DNA of 64,000 bases, taken from NCBI GenBank assembly GCA_023247705.1, contig JAHFFY010000009.1:1688-65687 (forward strand), read 5' to 3'. Origin of the DNA: Candidatus Omnitrophota bacterium. Its GTDB lineage: Bacteria > Omnitrophota > Gorgyraeia > Zapsychrales > JAHFFX01. The first letter of the stretch is position 1. The DNA is not shown here. Below are more notes on the stretch, generated by a model. The model worked only from the letters and a program-made list of their open reading frames with translations, was not told the DNA's origin and made no database searches.

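Noticed and set aside
21500-63300. Dozens of 60-240 aa ORFs on the + strand or in alternative - frames (e.g. 45639-46358, 50937-51524, 58728-59183)
   Set aside because: They lie wholly inside the giant ORF, show no recognisable motifs, and read like antisense or frame shadows of a coding sequence.
63906-63908. The track's ATG as the start of the giant protein
   Set aside because: The frame is open for another 30 codons to the window edge, and this Met falls in the middle of a repeat unit.
20415-64000. NRPS/PKS, RTX/MARTX or Ig-repeat adhesin identity for the giant ORF
   Set aside because: I saw no adenylation, condensation, ketosynthase or carrier motifs, no GGxGxD nonapeptides, and no beta-rich T/S/G repeats.
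1-64000. tRNA, rRNA, integrase or transposase genes
   Set aside because: None recognised. The intergenic spaces are short and show no cloverleaf signatures by eye; tRNAscan-SE and Infernal would settle it.

Overview
Bacterial genomic window, probably from Omnitrophota (candidate phylum OP3). That assignment is inferred from the gene style and not verified. The left ~15 kb is a visibly AT-richer envelope/transport region: a partial membrane protein, a MORN-variant repeat protein, three membrane-embedded spermidine-synthase-like methyltransferases (one fused to a LivK-like binding domain), a free LivK-like protein, cstA, a lipoprotein and a TPR/coiled-coil protein. Next come mutS-mutL and a small DUF5678-like/retropepsin-like gene pair with its own sigma70 promoter. 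The remaining 43.6 kb is one stop-free minus-strand ORF of at least 14,527 aa, still open at the right edge. In its visible N-terminal ~6,100 aa I see no transmembrane segments; it holds TraB/ChaN-like repeats, a zincin-like domain, a methyltransferase and ~10 double helix-hairpin-helix repeats. The C-terminal ~8,400 aa is a string of self-contained domains, each set off by a recurring hydrophobic membrane cassette. These domains include CheR-like, HTH, two RelE-like, Gfo/Idh/MocA, GNAT, alpha/beta-hydrolase, TPR and two ~668-aa multi-HTH modules, plus a CPBP (Abi/CAAX) intramembrane protease with all three catalytic motifs. The main hypothesis is a membrane-threaded, self-processing bacterial polyprotein. 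All domain calls come from reading motifs by eye, no searches were run, and sub-domain coordinates are approximate.
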